From: Desulfobulbus propionicus DSM 2032
GTDB lineage: Bacteria; Desulfobacterota; Desulfobulbia; Desulfobulbales; Desulfobulbaceae
Length of the DNA stretch: 32,000 nt
Direction of reading: 5' to 3'
Assembly: GCF_000186885.1 (NCBI RefSeq)
Contig: NC_014972.1
Span: 120,001 to 152,000, forward strand
The notes below the pieces were generated by a model. That model was given only the letters and a program-made list of their open reading frames with translations. It ran no database searches and was not told the origin of the DNA. How positions within the stretch are numbered: the stretch's first letter is position 1; each line of letters opens with the position of its first letter. The translations under genes were made by a program, and so were the position numbers. This document shows, one piece after another, positions 10,149 to 20,806 of this stretch.

Positions 10149-10704
10149 GATCGTGGTCTTCCTCGATACGCGTGCATGCAATTTGTGCGTCCGGGGCTCA
10201 TGCCCCGATAGCTGTTTCGCCGGGATGGTCGCCTCCCTAGCGCCCACTCTCCCGTTCCCGTAATCACTAATCCCGCCGGCAGTCGCCAGTGCTTCTCTCT
10301 TGCTGCGCCGACATGCTTGGCTAACGACCTCAAATCCCTTATGGCGTCTGCTTTCGCCGCCTCGGTCTCTTGCCCGCCACAGGTGTTGGGTTGGCCTCGT
10401 GTACAACGAATTGCAAAAATGATACCGATACGTTATTGAATATTTTGTAAACATATCAAGATGTTGTCGAGCAGCGAGGGAAGCTCTCTCCAGTCAATTA
10501 TTCTCAAATTGCAAAGAATACGCAGAGCGTCTATAATTTTGAATGTTATTTCATTAGCGGCGCTCTGAGTGAGCGTCGGCCACCTGTCATATGTCGGGAT
10601 TCAATGCTGGGTTTCCGGGCTGCGCCGCACGCGGCGGATGGACAGTCTACCTGGCCACGATCCGGTCAATTTCACCGTTTCTCGAGGAACGCAGGCGAAC
10701 TTTG

Positions 10705-12060
10705 ATGATTGCTGAAGCAAAAGAAGCCTTTACCATACTCGTCGTCGACGACGAGATATCTATACTCAACTCTCTCAAGCGTCTTTTTCGCAAAACCGGC
10801 TACCGCATCCTGTTGGCCGAAGACGGCCGGAAGGGGTTGGAACTGCTCGAGTCGACGCAGGTGGACCTAATGCTGCTCGATCTGAAGATGCCGGGCATGG
10901 ACGGCTTCGAGGTGTTGGAGCGGGCGTTAGAGTGTAGGCCCGCCCTGAAGATCATCATCCAGACCGGCCATGGCGGCGTGCAGGAAGCGGTAAAGGCGGT
11001 GCAGAAGGGGGCGCTCGACTTTCTCGTCAAGGGGGAGGCACTGGACGTGCTCAACAACCGTATCCGCCAGGTGTACGAACACTGGCAACTCGAACAGGAG
11101 AACCTGGCGCTGCGCAGGAAAGACGCCGAACAGTTCGAGTTCGATCGTTTAATCGGTGAATCCCCCCCCATGGTGCAACTGAAAAAGCTGATCACCAGGG
11201 TGGCGCCAACTGATTCCACGGTGCTCATCCAAGGAGAAACCGGGACCGGCAAGGAACTGATAGCCCAAGCCCTGCATCACCACTCCGAACGCAGGGACAA
11301 GCCGTTTGTGGCCATCGACTGCGCCTCGATCAGCGAGTCGGTGCTGGAATCCGAACTGTTTGGACACGAACGCGGGGCCTTCACCGGTGCCGACGCCCCT
11401 TTTCAAGGGGTGATCCGGTCGGCGGACAAGGGAACCCTTTTCCTCGATGAAATCGGTGAGATATCGACCAGCGTGCAGGCCAAGCTGCTGCGCGCCATCC
11501 AGGAGCGGAGCATCCGACCGGTGGGCTCGACCAGGTTTTACAAGGTGGATGTGCGAATCATCGCCGCCACCAACAAAATTCTGCTCAACGAGGTGGCCAA
11601 CGCCGCCTTTCGCCAGGATCTCTACTACCGCCTCAGCACGGTCACCCTGACCGCACCGCCACTACGCAAGCGCGAGAACGATATTTTCCTGCTGACGGAA
11701 TATTTTCTCGAGCAGTGCTCGGCCAGCCTGGGCAGAAGGGTCCAAATCAGTGACGAAGTCCACGAATTGTTTGCCCGCTACGAGTGGCCGGGAAATATTC
11801 GTGAGTTGGACAACGTCCTGCGCGGCGCTGCGGTTTTCTCCGACGGTGGCGTGATCGAAGCGACTGACCTGCCGCAAGCGATCCGCAGCAGCAAACCCCT
11901 GGTCGAGCCGGCGACAGAACCGGTAACCTTGGAGGCGATGGAAAAGGAGGCTATCAGAAAGGCCCTTGCCCTGAGCAAGAACAACCGCAAGGAAGCCAGG
12001 AAGATACTGGCCATCTCGGAGGCGACCCTCTACCGAAAAATCAAGAAGTACAACCTCTGA
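10705..12060 (+). CDS. sigma54-dependent (NtrC-family) response regulator
   Basis: REC (ILVVDDE, MLLDLKMPGMDG), AAA+ core with Walker A GETGTGKE, GAFTGA loop (ELFGHERGAFTGAD), Walker B GTLFLDEIG, R-finger region and Fis-type HTH at the C-terminus (NNRKEARKILAISEATLYRKIKKY). Confidence 0.95.
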   Translation: MIAEAKEAFTILVVDDEISILNSLKRLFRKTGYRILLAEDGRKGLELLESTQVDLMLLDLKMPGMDGFEVLERALECRPALKIIIQTGHGGVQEAVKAVQKGALDFLVKGEALDVLNNRIRQVYEHWQLEQENLALRRKDAEQFEFDRLIGESPPMVQLKKLITRVAPTDSTVLIQGETGTGKELIAQALHHHSERRDKPFVAIDCASISESVLESELFGHERGAFTGADAPFQGVIRSADKGTLFLDEIGEISTSVQAKLLRAIQERSIRPVGSTRFYKVDVRIIAATNKILLNEVANAAFRQDLYYRLSTVTLTAPPLRKRENDIFLLTEYFLEQCSASLGRRVQISDEVHELFARYEWPGNIRELDNVLRGAAVFSDGGVIEATDLPQAIRSSKPLVEPATEPVTLEAMEKEAIRKALALSKNNRKEARKILAISEATLYRKIKKYNL

Positions 12061-12151
12061 TCACCGCCCCCCGTGCCGGTCTCACCCTCGCCCGGTCACC
12101 CGGGTGATCTCCTGCACCGATAGTGCGGGCCTTTTACCAGGGCGCGCCGGT

Positions 12152-14323
12152 TCAATCCCCTTTTTCCCAGTGGCGGAAGGCCTGCTGAACCACCTGACGC
12201 AGGAGATCGTCCGACCAGGGTTTCATCAGGTACTTCCACACCTCGCCGTGGTTGATGGCCTCGGTGACCGTGCCGAGTTCCGCGTAGCCGCTGAGGATGA
12301 TGCGGACCGCGTCCGGGTGGATTCTTTTCACCCGGCCGAGCAGTTGGATACCGGTCATACCCGGCATCAACTGGTCGGAGATGATCACCTGCACGGGGAT
12401 GGTGGCCATGATTTCCAGGGCCTCTTCACCGCTGGTGGCTGTGTGCACCTGGTAGCCGGAACGGTAGAACACCCGCCTCAGCCCGCGCACCACCAGCGGA
12501 TCGTCGTCCACCAGGAGCAGATGCTTCTGCCCAGCCTCCTCCACCTTGAACTGCCAGCGTTGCCCCTCGCGGAGCATGACCCCGATCTCCTCCGCCGGCC
12601 GCGGCCGGCTGAACAGGAACCCCTGCATTTGGTCACAGTGCAGGCGACGGAGAAAGGCCAGCTGTGCCTCAGTCTCCACCCCCTCGGCGATGACGTTCTT
12701 GCCCAGCTTGTGGGTCATGGCCACGGTGGCGGCGACGATCGAGGCGTTGGTCGGGTTGGTGGTAACATCGGTCACGAACGAACGGTCGATTTTCAGCAGG
12801 TCGATGGGGAATTGGCTCAGGTAGGCCAGGGACGAGTGGCCGGTGCCGAAATCGTCCAGCGACAAGCAGACGCCCCTGATCTTGAGCTGATCCACGATCT
12901 GTTTGACCCGGACGACGTTGCGCATCATGGTGCTCTCGGTCAATTCCAGCTCGAGCAGGTGCGGCTCGATGCCGCTTTCGTCAAGCAGCCGGTCGATCAG
13001 GCCGGGGAGCAAGGGATTGTGGAAGTGGTTCGCCGCCAGGTTGACCGCCACCTTCACCGGCGGCAGCCCCTCCCTCTGCCAGGCGAGGATCTGGGCGATC
13101 GCCTGCTGCAGCACCCACTCGCCGATGCCGACGATCAGGCCGGTCTCCTCCGCGATGGGAATGAAGACCCCGGGAGGCACCATGCCAGAATTTGGCCGGT
13201 TCCACCGGACCAGCGCCTCCACCCCGACAATTTCACCGGAGATCAGGCTGATCTGCGGCTGGTAGTGGAGCACGAGTTCGTTGCGTTCCACCGCGAACCG
13301 CAACTGGCTCGCCATATCCAGCTGGTCGATGGTGACCGGCTTGTTCAACGGCTGGAAAAAGCAGTAATTGTCGCCGCCTTCCTGCTTGGCGAGACGCATC
13401 GCGGTGCGGGCGTTGTTGAGCAGGCTAACGGTGTCGTCGCCGTCGCGAGGGTAACAGGCGATGCCGATACTGGCGGTGACCACCAGTTCGCACTGCGGCG
13501 TGACAACCGGCTGCCGGATCTGTTGGAGGATGCGGTTGATCAGCGTGGTGTAGCTCGCCTCGTCCCGGGCGTGCTCGAACAGGACGGCAAACTCGTCGCC
13601 GCCGAGGCGCGCCAAGATGTCATCGCGCCGCACGGCCTGGCCGATACGGTTGGCGACTTCCACCATCAGGCTGTCGGCGAGGGTGTGGCCGATCACCTCG
13701 TTGAAGGTGTGGAAGCGGTCGATGTCCAGGTAGGCGACGATCAGGGTGGTGTTCGTGGCGCCGGACCCTTCGAGCCTGCGCCTGATCGCCTGGTCCACCC
13801 GGTCATGAAACGTCGGGCGGTTGAGCAGCCCGGTCAGGGGATCGATGCTGCGGGGCAGGCCGTCCTCGCCGCTAACCGTGTCCTGTCCGTGCAGTACCTC
13901 TCGCTTGAGGGCGAAATAGCCAAGCGGCTGCCCCCGATCGTCGAGCATTGGCGATATATAGTTGAACTCCCAATATAATTCGCCGTTCTTGCGCCGGTTG
14001 AGCAGCTTGCCCTGCCATTCCCGGCCACCCTTGATGGTGGTCCACAGATGCTGGTAGACCTCGATCGGGGTGTTTCCGGACTGGAACAGGCTGGTGTTGT
14101 GGCCGAGGATTTCGTCCAAGGCGTAGCCACTCTGCTCGCACTGGCGCTGGTTGGCGTACTGCACCACGCCGTCGGCATCGGTGATGATGATGCCCGCCGT
14201 GGTCCGGTCGAGCGCCTGGGCCAGAAGCCTGGCCCCGGCCGCCTCCTGGCCGGGAAGGGGGCGGGGCGGGGTTGCCTGGGCGGGAGCGCCGGTCGCGTGG
14301 GGGGGGTACTGACCGTTGGTCAT
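12152..14323 (-). CDS. PAS-GGDEF-EAL protein with C-terminal REC domain
   Basis: PAS (TTAGIIITDADGVVQYANQ), GGDEF (LARLGGDEFAVL), EAL (EALVRWNRP..., DDFGTGHSSLAYL) and C-terminal REC (LLLVDDDPLVVRGLRRVF, VIISDQLMPGMTG, YLMKPWSDD). Confidence 0.93.
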   Translation of the reverse strand: MTNGQYPPHATGAPAQATPPRPLPGQEAAGARLLAQALDRTTAGIIITDADGVVQYANQRQCEQSGYALDEILGHNTSLFQSGNTPIEVYQHLWTTIKGGREWQGKLLNRRKNGELYWEFNYISPMLDDRGQPLGYFALKREVLHGQDTVSGEDGLPRSIDPLTGLLNRPTFHDRVDQAIRRRLEGSGATNTTLIVAYLDIDRFHTFNEVIGHTLADSLMVEVANRIGQAVRRDDILARLGGDEFAVLFEHARDEASYTTLINRILQQIRQPVVTPQCELVVTASIGIACYPRDGDDTVSLLNNARTAMRLAKQEGGDNYCFFQPLNKPVTIDQLDMASQLRFAVERNELVLHYQPQISLISGEIVGVEALVRWNRPNSGMVPPGVFIPIAEETGLIVGIGEWVLQQAIAQILAWQREGLPPVKVAVNLAANHFHNPLLPGLIDRLLDESGIEPHLLELELTESTMMRNVVRVKQIVDQLKIRGVCLSLDDFGTGHSSLAYLSQFPIDLLKIDRSFVTDVTTNPTNASIVAATVAMTHKLGKNVIAEGVETEAQLAFLRRLHCDQMQGFLFSRPRPAEEIGVMLREGQRWQFKVEEAGQKHLLLVDDDPLVVRGLRRVFYRSGYQVHTATSGEEALEIMATIPVQVIISDQLMPGMTGIQLLGRVKRIHPDAVRIILSGYAELGTVTEAINHGEVWKYLMKPWSDDLLRQVVQQAFRHWEKGD

Positions 14324-17187
14324 GAGCGTCTGTTGGCTGCTAGGGGAAGGGTATCCTGTCTTCCGGCGGAAGTCGCGGGCGTGGTCCTGCCGGGGACCGG
14401 TTGCGTCCGGGTCGGGTGCCCCTGGCCGTCCTCGTCTGTCCCCGTCTGCGGGCCGAGCGGCAGGAGGATGGTGAACTCCGTGCCTTGTCCCGGAATGGAG
14501 GTGCAGTCGATCTGCCCGTTGTGATTACCGACGATGCTGTGGGCGATGGCCAAGCCCTGGCCGGTTCCCTTGCCGACTTCCTTGGTGGTAAAGAAGGGGT
14601 CGAAGATGCGGTGGCGAATTTTTTTCGGGATGCCGCAGCCGTTGTCGCCAATGCGGACTGCGACCCAATCCGCCTCGCGCCGGGTGCTCACAAGGATACG
14701 GCCCGGTCGCTCCGGCTCGGCCTCCCTGGCCCTGCCTATGGCATGGGCGGCGTTGATGAGCAGGTTGAGAAACATCTGGTTGAGCTGGTCCGGATAACAG
14801 AAAACCAGCGGCAGATCTTCGGCGAATTCGGTGTCCAGGACGGCCACGTATTTCCACTCGTTGCGACTGACGATGATCGCGTTTTCCAGGGCGTGGTTGA
14901 TGTCGATGTTGACCCGCACACTGTCCCCGGGGTGGCTGAATTCGCGCAGGGCGCTGATGATACGCACCACCCGTCTGATCCCTTCCTTGACCTCCTGGAG
15001 GCTTTCCGGGATTTCCGTGAGCAGGAAATCCAGGTTGACCTCCTGCATGAGGGTGGTCAGCTTGGCCGACGGAGTGTTGTCTGCTGATTTGGTGATTTCC
15101 TTGAGGAGTCTCTCGATATCGGCGAAGGACTGCTCGAAAAAGGCCAGGTTGTTCTGGATGTACTGCATCGGCGTGTTGATTTCGTGGGCAACCCCAGCCG
15201 CCAACTGGCCGATGGACTCCAGTTTCTGGGCCAGGGCCAGCTGCTGTTGCAGGCGCCGAAGCTCCGTGACGTCCCTTTTCACGGTCACGAAGTGACTGAT
15301 TTCGCCCTGCTCGTTGCGCATCGCTGAGGTGGTGATCTCCTCCTCAGCGATGCTGCCGTCCTTCTTCCACATCTCCAGTGTCCCAGACCATGTCTCGCCC
15401 CTGTCCAGAACCTGGCGGATCTCGTTCATGGACGCTGGTTCGACCAGATCCTCGCGGAGGTCCCAGGGCGTCTTGCCGAGATATTCCTCGGCCTCGTAGC
15501 CGCTGGCGGCCAGGACGGCCGGGTTGACATAGCGGATGCGGTAGGAGCTGTCGGTGATGACTACCCCGTCCTTGCCCTGCTCGACGGCTTTGGAGAGCAG
15601 CAGCCGCTGCTCTTCCGCCAGTTTTTCCTCGGTCACGTCGACGAAGGTGAGGAAGAAGCCATTGGCGTCGCTGCCTGTGATCCGAGCGCACGCGATGCGG
15701 AAGAAACCGATCTGCCCCTGCTCCTCTATTCGTACCATGAAGCATTGCCTGTTGCTGGTCCACTCGGCCAGGGCGCTCTGAATGAGGAGCTGAGAGCATT
15801 CCTTTTGTGACACTTGCAACCGGGCGGACCACTGGTTCAGAATTTCCTGGAAAGCCGGGTTAGTCGTTGCAATCTCGTGCGATGGCCATACGGCAACCAG
15901 CCCGACGGGTAAGATCTCGAAGAGTTTTTCGATGTAGGCATTCTGTCGGGAAACTTCTTCCAGGGCGAAGCGCAGGCGGGAAATGTCCTTGGCGCCGGCG
16001 ACGACCCCGAGGGGTTGCCCGTCTTCTTCGTTCCGCAGCAGGCTGAGGTTGAACGACATTGGCAGACTTGCGCCGTCCTTGGCTCGGTAGCGCAGCTCAA
16101 CGTTCCGGCGTTCGTTGTCGCCCTCGGTCTGGAACAGGGAGAACGTCTCGCGCACCTTCGCCTCCGGCTCCTGGAAGAGGACGAACACCGGCTGGCCGAG
16201 CAGATCCTCCTGCCGGTAGCCGAGCAGGCTGCAGGTGGCCTGGTTGACCCGGGTGAGGCGCAGGTCGGTGTCGACCGCGATGAGGGAGTCGAGGAACTGC
16301 TGGATAATGGTGTCCGCTTCCCGCCTTGCCCGGGCCAGTTCCACTTCGGCCTGCTTGTGCCCGGAAATTTCCGTGAAGGCCCCAAAGACCCGCAGGGGCG
16401 AGCCCGCTGCATCCCGTTGGAGTACCTGGGCAGTTTCGTGAATCCAGATCCAGTGGCCCTCCTTGTGACGCAGTCGATACTGACAATCAAAGAAAGGCGT
16501 CTCGCCGACCAGATGCGCATCCAGGGCTGCCTGAACAGAGGGCAGGTCGTCCGGATGCGCCAGGTCCCACCACGTCTCGATGTACTGGAGTGATGGCAGT
16601 TCACCGGGTTGGTATCCCAACACTAAAAAGCAGTGATCGTTGATTTCCATATAACCAGTCTCGAGTTGCCAGCTCCAGGCGCACAGTTGGGCCCCCGCGA
16701 TGAGCAGTTCGAGTTTTTGCTTTTTTTCGCTCAACTGCTGTTCCCGCTGGTGCGCCTCAGCCAGCGCCTCGACAAGCTCCGCTTCGACCCGCAGCCGGTG
16801 GGCGCACTCGCTGAGCGCCTGGAGGGTGCTCGGGCCGGTCAGTGGCTTGACCACGTACTTGTCCACCCCAAGGTTGATGCAGGGCAACAGGTATTCGGCT
16901 TGACCAAAGGCGGTCATGACCACAATCGGCACCGACGGGTCGAGTGCGCGGATTTCGCCAATCATGGTGATGCCGTCCATGATCGGCATGCGGATGTCGG
17001 TGATGATGATGTCCGGCCGGTTTGCCGCGAAAGCTTGCAGGCCTTCCTCGCCGTTGGCGGCCGGTATCAATCGGGCTACATGGCGGTCGAGAAATCGGCT
17101 GAACTGCTCGGCGGTCTCCCTTTCATCCTCCACGTAGAGGACGGTCAATTTTTTCAGAAAGTCCCTGTCCGGGTTGCTTTTCATCAT
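14320..17187 (-). CDS. hybrid histidine kinase with N-terminal REC, multiple PAS, HisKA, HATPase
   Basis: REC (LTVLYVEDERETAEQF, IIITDIRMPIMDG, KYVVKPL), PAS/PAC repeats, H-box IGQLAAGVAHEINTPMQYIQ, NAAHAIG, DNGCGI, GKGTGQGLA. Confidence 0.93.
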   Translation of the reverse strand: MMKSNPDRDFLKKLTVLYVEDERETAEQFSRFLDRHVARLIPAANGEEGLQAFAANRPDIIITDIRMPIMDGITMIGEIRALDPSVPIVVMTAFGQAEYLLPCINLGVDKYVVKPLTGPSTLQALSECAHRLRVEAELVEALAEAHQREQQLSEKKQKLELLIAGAQLCAWSWQLETGYMEINDHCFLVLGYQPGELPSLQYIETWWDLAHPDDLPSVQAALDAHLVGETPFFDCQYRLRHKEGHWIWIHETAQVLQRDAAGSPLRVFGAFTEISGHKQAEVELARARREADTIIQQFLDSLIAVDTDLRLTRVNQATCSLLGYRQEDLLGQPVFVLFQEPEAKVRETFSLFQTEGDNERRNVELRYRAKDGASLPMSFNLSLLRNEEDGQPLGVVAGAKDISRLRFALEEVSRQNAYIEKLFEILPVGLVAVWPSHEIATTNPAFQEILNQWSARLQVSQKECSQLLIQSALAEWTSNRQCFMVRIEEQGQIGFFRIACARITGSDANGFFLTFVDVTEEKLAEEQRLLLSKAVEQGKDGVVITDSSYRIRYVNPAVLAASGYEAEEYLGKTPWDLREDLVEPASMNEIRQVLDRGETWSGTLEMWKKDGSIAEEEITTSAMRNEQGEISHFVTVKRDVTELRRLQQQLALAQKLESIGQLAAGVAHEINTPMQYIQNNLAFFEQSFADIERLLKEITKSADNTPSAKLTTLMQEVNLDFLLTEIPESLQEVKEGIRRVVRIISALREFSHPGDSVRVNIDINHALENAIIVSRNEWKYVAVLDTEFAEDLPLVFCYPDQLNQMFLNLLINAAHAIGRAREAEPERPGRILVSTRREADWVAVRIGDNGCGIPKKIRHRIFDPFFTTKEVGKGTGQGLAIAHSIVGNHNGQIDCTSIPGQGTEFTILLPLGPQTGTDEDGQGHPTRTQPVPGRTTPATSAGRQDTLPLAANRRS

Positions 17188-19094
17188 GATGCCTGCTCCG
17201 CGAGCGGGACGCTTACGCTCAGTTCACTGCCGCCCACGATATTCCTCGCCTCGATCCGGCCCTGCATGTTGTGCTCGATGATCATTTTTGACATGTACAG
17301 GCCGATGCCTGTCCCCATGGGCTTGGTGGAGAAATAAGGTTCGAAGATTTTGTCCAGAACATGCTCGGGAATTCCGCCGCCATTGTCCTGGACACTCACC
17401 ACGCCTTGGCCCTGGCGCACCCCGAGAGTAACCTGGATCCGGCCCTGCTCCTGCTTTGCGCCGGTGATCGCATCCCTGGCGTTGTTCAGCAAGTTGAGCA
17501 GGACCTGGGAATATTCGTTGGGAAAACCGAACAGGGTGCAGTCCTGGTCGATCTCCAGGGTGATCTCGATCCGGCAGTGGACAAAGCTCTCCGCCACCAT
17601 CTCGATCGCCAGCCTGATTTGCCGTTCGGCCGAGAAAGGTTGTTTGACCTTGTTGGGACGGAAAAAATCACGGAAGTCGTTGATGGTCGACGACATCTTC
17701 TGAATCAGGCGGTTGCCGGTAGCGATACATTCCGCCATATACTCGTTGGTGAGTTCGTCGTTCTCATGGGCGTAGTGGATGTTGGTGAGCAGCAGGGACA
17801 GAGTGTTCAGCGGCTGTCGCCACTGATGGGCGATGTTGCCGATCATCTCGCCCATGGCCGCCTGCCGCCCCTGGCTGATCAGCATCTGGTCCTTGCTCCG
17901 CAATTCGGCCACGGTTTCCTTTACCCGCAGTTGCAGTGACTGGTTGAGCTGCTCCAACAGGTGTTGCTTCTGCGCGAGGAGTTCGTCGGCCTTTCTGATG
18001 TCGCTGATATCACGAATGATGCTGAGCGCGTGCCATTCACTGTTGAGCGAAACGGCGGACAGGGACAGCGAAATGGGGAATTCCGAGCCGTCTTTTTTCC
18101 TGGCGAACAACTCATACGTCCTGCCAACGATTTTACCGCGGCCGCCGTGCGTTAATTTGGCCACGGCCCGTTCACTGGCGGTGCGGTACCGTTCCGGCAC
18201 GAGCAGGCGGTAGATATTTTGCCCCAGGGCCTCTTCGGCCGGATACCCCAGGATTCTTTCGGCAGCCGGGTTCCAGTAGGAAATGACGTCCTGAGAGTTC
18301 ATCATGACGATGGCGTCGTTGGCCGAATCCGTTAGCGTCCGCAACCGGATTTCGCTGGCCTCGGCGATCTCCTTGGCCTTGGTCAGTTCGTTGACCCGGT
18401 CCTGGATGGCCTGGGACATGAGATTGAAAGCTCTGCCCAGTTGACCGATATCGTCCTCTCCCTCCGGCAGCGGTTGCAGCGAGAAGTTGCCGTCCGCCAC
18501 TACGAGGCTCGCCCTGGTGAGAGACCGCATGTGCCGGGCCAACCAGAGGCCAAGGAGCAGGAGCACGAGGGAGGAAAGGATGATCTCGACAACCGCAATT
18601 CCCGCCCCCTGGATGAGGAGGGTTTTCCGCGCCGTCAGGATGCGGGTGAGGTTGAGGCCGAAGTGCAGGTCGCCCAGGGGTTGCTGGAGATAGGTGATGT
18701 GCCTGGCCACATGGTAGATGCCCTCCGTTAGCAGAAGACTACTGGAGAATGTCCTGCTGGCTTCCGGCAATGGCCGCTCGGCTGAAAAACCATCGGTCGT
18801 CAGGCGGCTGCCATGCCGATCCACGACCACGATATAGTTTAAGGAGTCGGTGACCGTGCTTTCGTCCAGTATGGCCTGGATCGTTGCGTAATCCCGTTGG
18901 GCCAGGGGGGCGGTCAGGGCAGCGATGAGGACGGGGCTAATTTCCTGAGCCTGGGCCTGCACCTGATCGGACATGGCCTGGTGAAAGAGCCGCAGGCTGT
19001 TCCCGACCAGCAGGGTGAGCATGAGGAATTCCAGCCCGATCGCCAGCAAGAGCAGGCGGCCGTGGGCGGTGTGCCACAGGCGAGGCTTTTTCAT
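17184..19094 (-). CDS. membrane sensor histidine kinase (TM, HAMP, PAS, HisKA, HATPase)
   Basis: Two TM segments, HAMP-like region, PAS (LTDSANDAIVMMNSQDVISYWNPAAERILGY), H-box MIGNIAHQWRQPLNTLSLL, NARDAI, DNGGGI, GTGIGLYMSK. Confidence 0.93.
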   Translation of the reverse strand: MKKPRLWHTAHGRLLLLAIGLEFLMLTLLVGNSLRLFHQAMSDQVQAQAQEISPVLIAALTAPLAQRDYATIQAILDESTVTDSLNYIVVVDRHGSRLTTDGFSAERPLPEASRTFSSSLLLTEGIYHVARHITYLQQPLGDLHFGLNLTRILTARKTLLIQGAGIAVVEIILSSLVLLLLGLWLARHMRSLTRASLVVADGNFSLQPLPEGEDDIGQLGRAFNLMSQAIQDRVNELTKAKEIAEASEIRLRTLTDSANDAIVMMNSQDVISYWNPAAERILGYPAEEALGQNIYRLLVPERYRTASERAVAKLTHGGRGKIVGRTYELFARKKDGSEFPISLSLSAVSLNSEWHALSIIRDISDIRKADELLAQKQHLLEQLNQSLQLRVKETVAELRSKDQMLISQGRQAAMGEMIGNIAHQWRQPLNTLSLLLTNIHYAHENDELTNEYMAECIATGNRLIQKMSSTINDFRDFFRPNKVKQPFSAERQIRLAIEMVAESFVHCRIEITLEIDQDCTLFGFPNEYSQVLLNLLNNARDAITGAKQEQGRIQVTLGVRQGQGVVSVQDNGGGIPEHVLDKIFEPYFSTKPMGTGIGLYMSKMIIEHNMQGRIEARNIVGGSELSVSVPLAEQAS

Positions 19095-19915
19095 TTCAGG
19101 TCGTTGATTACCCGCCTGACTTCCTCGGTAAAGACATCCATTGCCTCGAGTTCGCCTGGCCGTATCGCCCGATAGCCCCCCAGCTTGTTCTCAGTAAAAT
19201 ATGTTTGCGCTTTTTGTGTCCCGGCGAAGGTTGACAGCGCCGCTTCGATGGCTTGCCGATGGTCGGCTCTCCGGCTGTTTAGCAGGTACACTCGGCCCAA
19301 CATGGGTTCACTCTCGGCAATGATTCGCAGCTGCTTCCGGACCTCCGGCGCAAGTCGCTGAAAATTGGCCAGCGAAACAAACCCGGCATCTGCGTCCTTT
19401 GCCAGGAGGAGTTGGGCTACGCTGTCCGCAGCGCTGACGTATCGAACGGACTGCGGTTGCACTTGGTTCTGCTTGAGCCAGTGCTGACCCCACAGGGTAA
19501 CCTGGGAGGTCGGGCTCAACCCGAGTACTTTCTTGTCGTTCAGATCGGCCGGCGTATTGATGTCGCCATTCTGCAGACCAATCACCAACGACTTGAAGTC
19601 AGCCTTGTAAGTTAGAAGAGGGAGATAGCCAGCATCGAGCTGCAGCAAGCGAGCCTGCTGACCGGTGGTGACGACGAGATCGTATTCCTGGGCCAGCGCC
19701 CGTTTCGCGAATAGGTCAAAGTTGGGCGCGGTGGTTAATTCCACCGGCATGGCGAGCGATTTTTCCAGATACAGGCGAAGCGGTTCATACATCTGCAAGA
19801 TAAGCCGGGGACTGCTGTGCGGCGCGATTCCGATGACAAAGTGCTCCTCGTGGGCAGAGAGACAAATGGTGGGCCCAAGAATCAGCAGAATTAAGAATAA
19901 AATTAGTTTTTTCAT
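19091..19915 (-). CDS. PhnD/phosphate-phosphonate-type periplasmic substrate-binding protein
   Basis: Signal peptide MKKLILFLILLILGPTICLSA, then FVIGIAPHSSPRLILQMYEPLRLYLEKSLAMPVELTTAPNFDLFAKRALAQEYDLVVTTGQQARL, typical of this SBP class. First gene of the operon. Confidence 0.8.
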   Translation of the reverse strand: MKKLILFLILLILGPTICLSAHEEHFVIGIAPHSSPRLILQMYEPLRLYLEKSLAMPVELTTAPNFDLFAKRALAQEYDLVVTTGQQARLLQLDAGYLPLLTYKADFKSLVIGLQNGDINTPADLNDKKVLGLSPTSQVTLWGQHWLKQNQVQPQSVRYVSAADSVAQLLLAKDADAGFVSLANFQRLAPEVRKQLRIIAESEPMLGRVYLLNSRRADHRQAIEAALSTFAGTQKAQTYFTENKLGGYRAIRPGELEAMDVFTEEVRRVINDLK

Positions 19916-20806
19916 GCAGTTGTTTTTTTTGTTGGTATGAGAGGACATTCGCCTGGAAGGGTACACGTATCCTCCCACGAAATTGTATAGCATTCTCCTT
20001 GAGGGAAACAAGGAAAGAATGGTTCGCCCGGAGATTGAGGACGGATGATACTTGATAGAGGACGTGGAAGCGTGATCTTTGTTCATTGGCAACTCGTGGA
20101 CAGGAGGGGGCTAATCTCGTGCTGAAATGTAATTCGTCGGAGATGGTGATAGCAGCATGCAAGATACCTGCCAGATTGATTGCCGGAGTCGTTTGCAGGA
20201 CAATGTGTTCTGCCTCCTCCTCAGTCGCGCGACCGAGGGGAACCGTGCGCATGACCTATAGATAAAACAGACCGGACGTAGGCCCGTGTGCCGCAACGGC
20301 GCGAAGCGGTTCCAATCGGAAAATTACGAACTATCTGCTCATGTTCGTGCTTTTTCTCTTGCAGCACTCATCGAATCATCTATAAATATTTTCATTCTTC
20401 CGGCTCATTTTCAATGAGATACCCCTATTCAGGGTTTAGCTGAGCACGGTTTTCGTGTTCTTGCATTTCAGGTACGATGGCGGCGCTGTTGTTTCCGGTC
20501 GGGACGTTACATCGCTAAGGCGAACGGTCCCCTTCATCCGGCAGCAAAGCGCGCAATGGCTTGCGATTCTATTTTCTGCATCGCCTGCCCGTCAGCCTTT
20601 CCTTTTTCTTCCCGTCTATCGCTGAACTGACCTTGCCGCCGTGTTGCGGCTGACCGTTCCGGCACACTCCCTTTCCCGCACCGGCACTGACCCCTCAGTC
20701 CACCGGTTTCATCCATACCCACCCCCCCCCATCCATCGGGAGCGATCTACCATGCTCCCGGCGGAGCCATGCGTTGTCGCTCCCATTATTCTCAGGAGGC
20801 ACCACC

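Noticed and set aside
12104-13978. Long plus-strand ORF (624 aa) opposite the GGDEF-EAL-REC gene
   Set aside because: Shadow ORF. The opposite strand has unmistakable PAS/GGDEF/EAL motifs, and this translation is His/Arg/Val/Gly-rich without domain patterns.
20722-20730. Run of nine C residues that could be a slippage/phase-variation tract
   Set aside because: It lies in a leader about 76 bp upstream of the ORF start, not inside a credible gene. A promoter-spacing effect is possible but unsupported.
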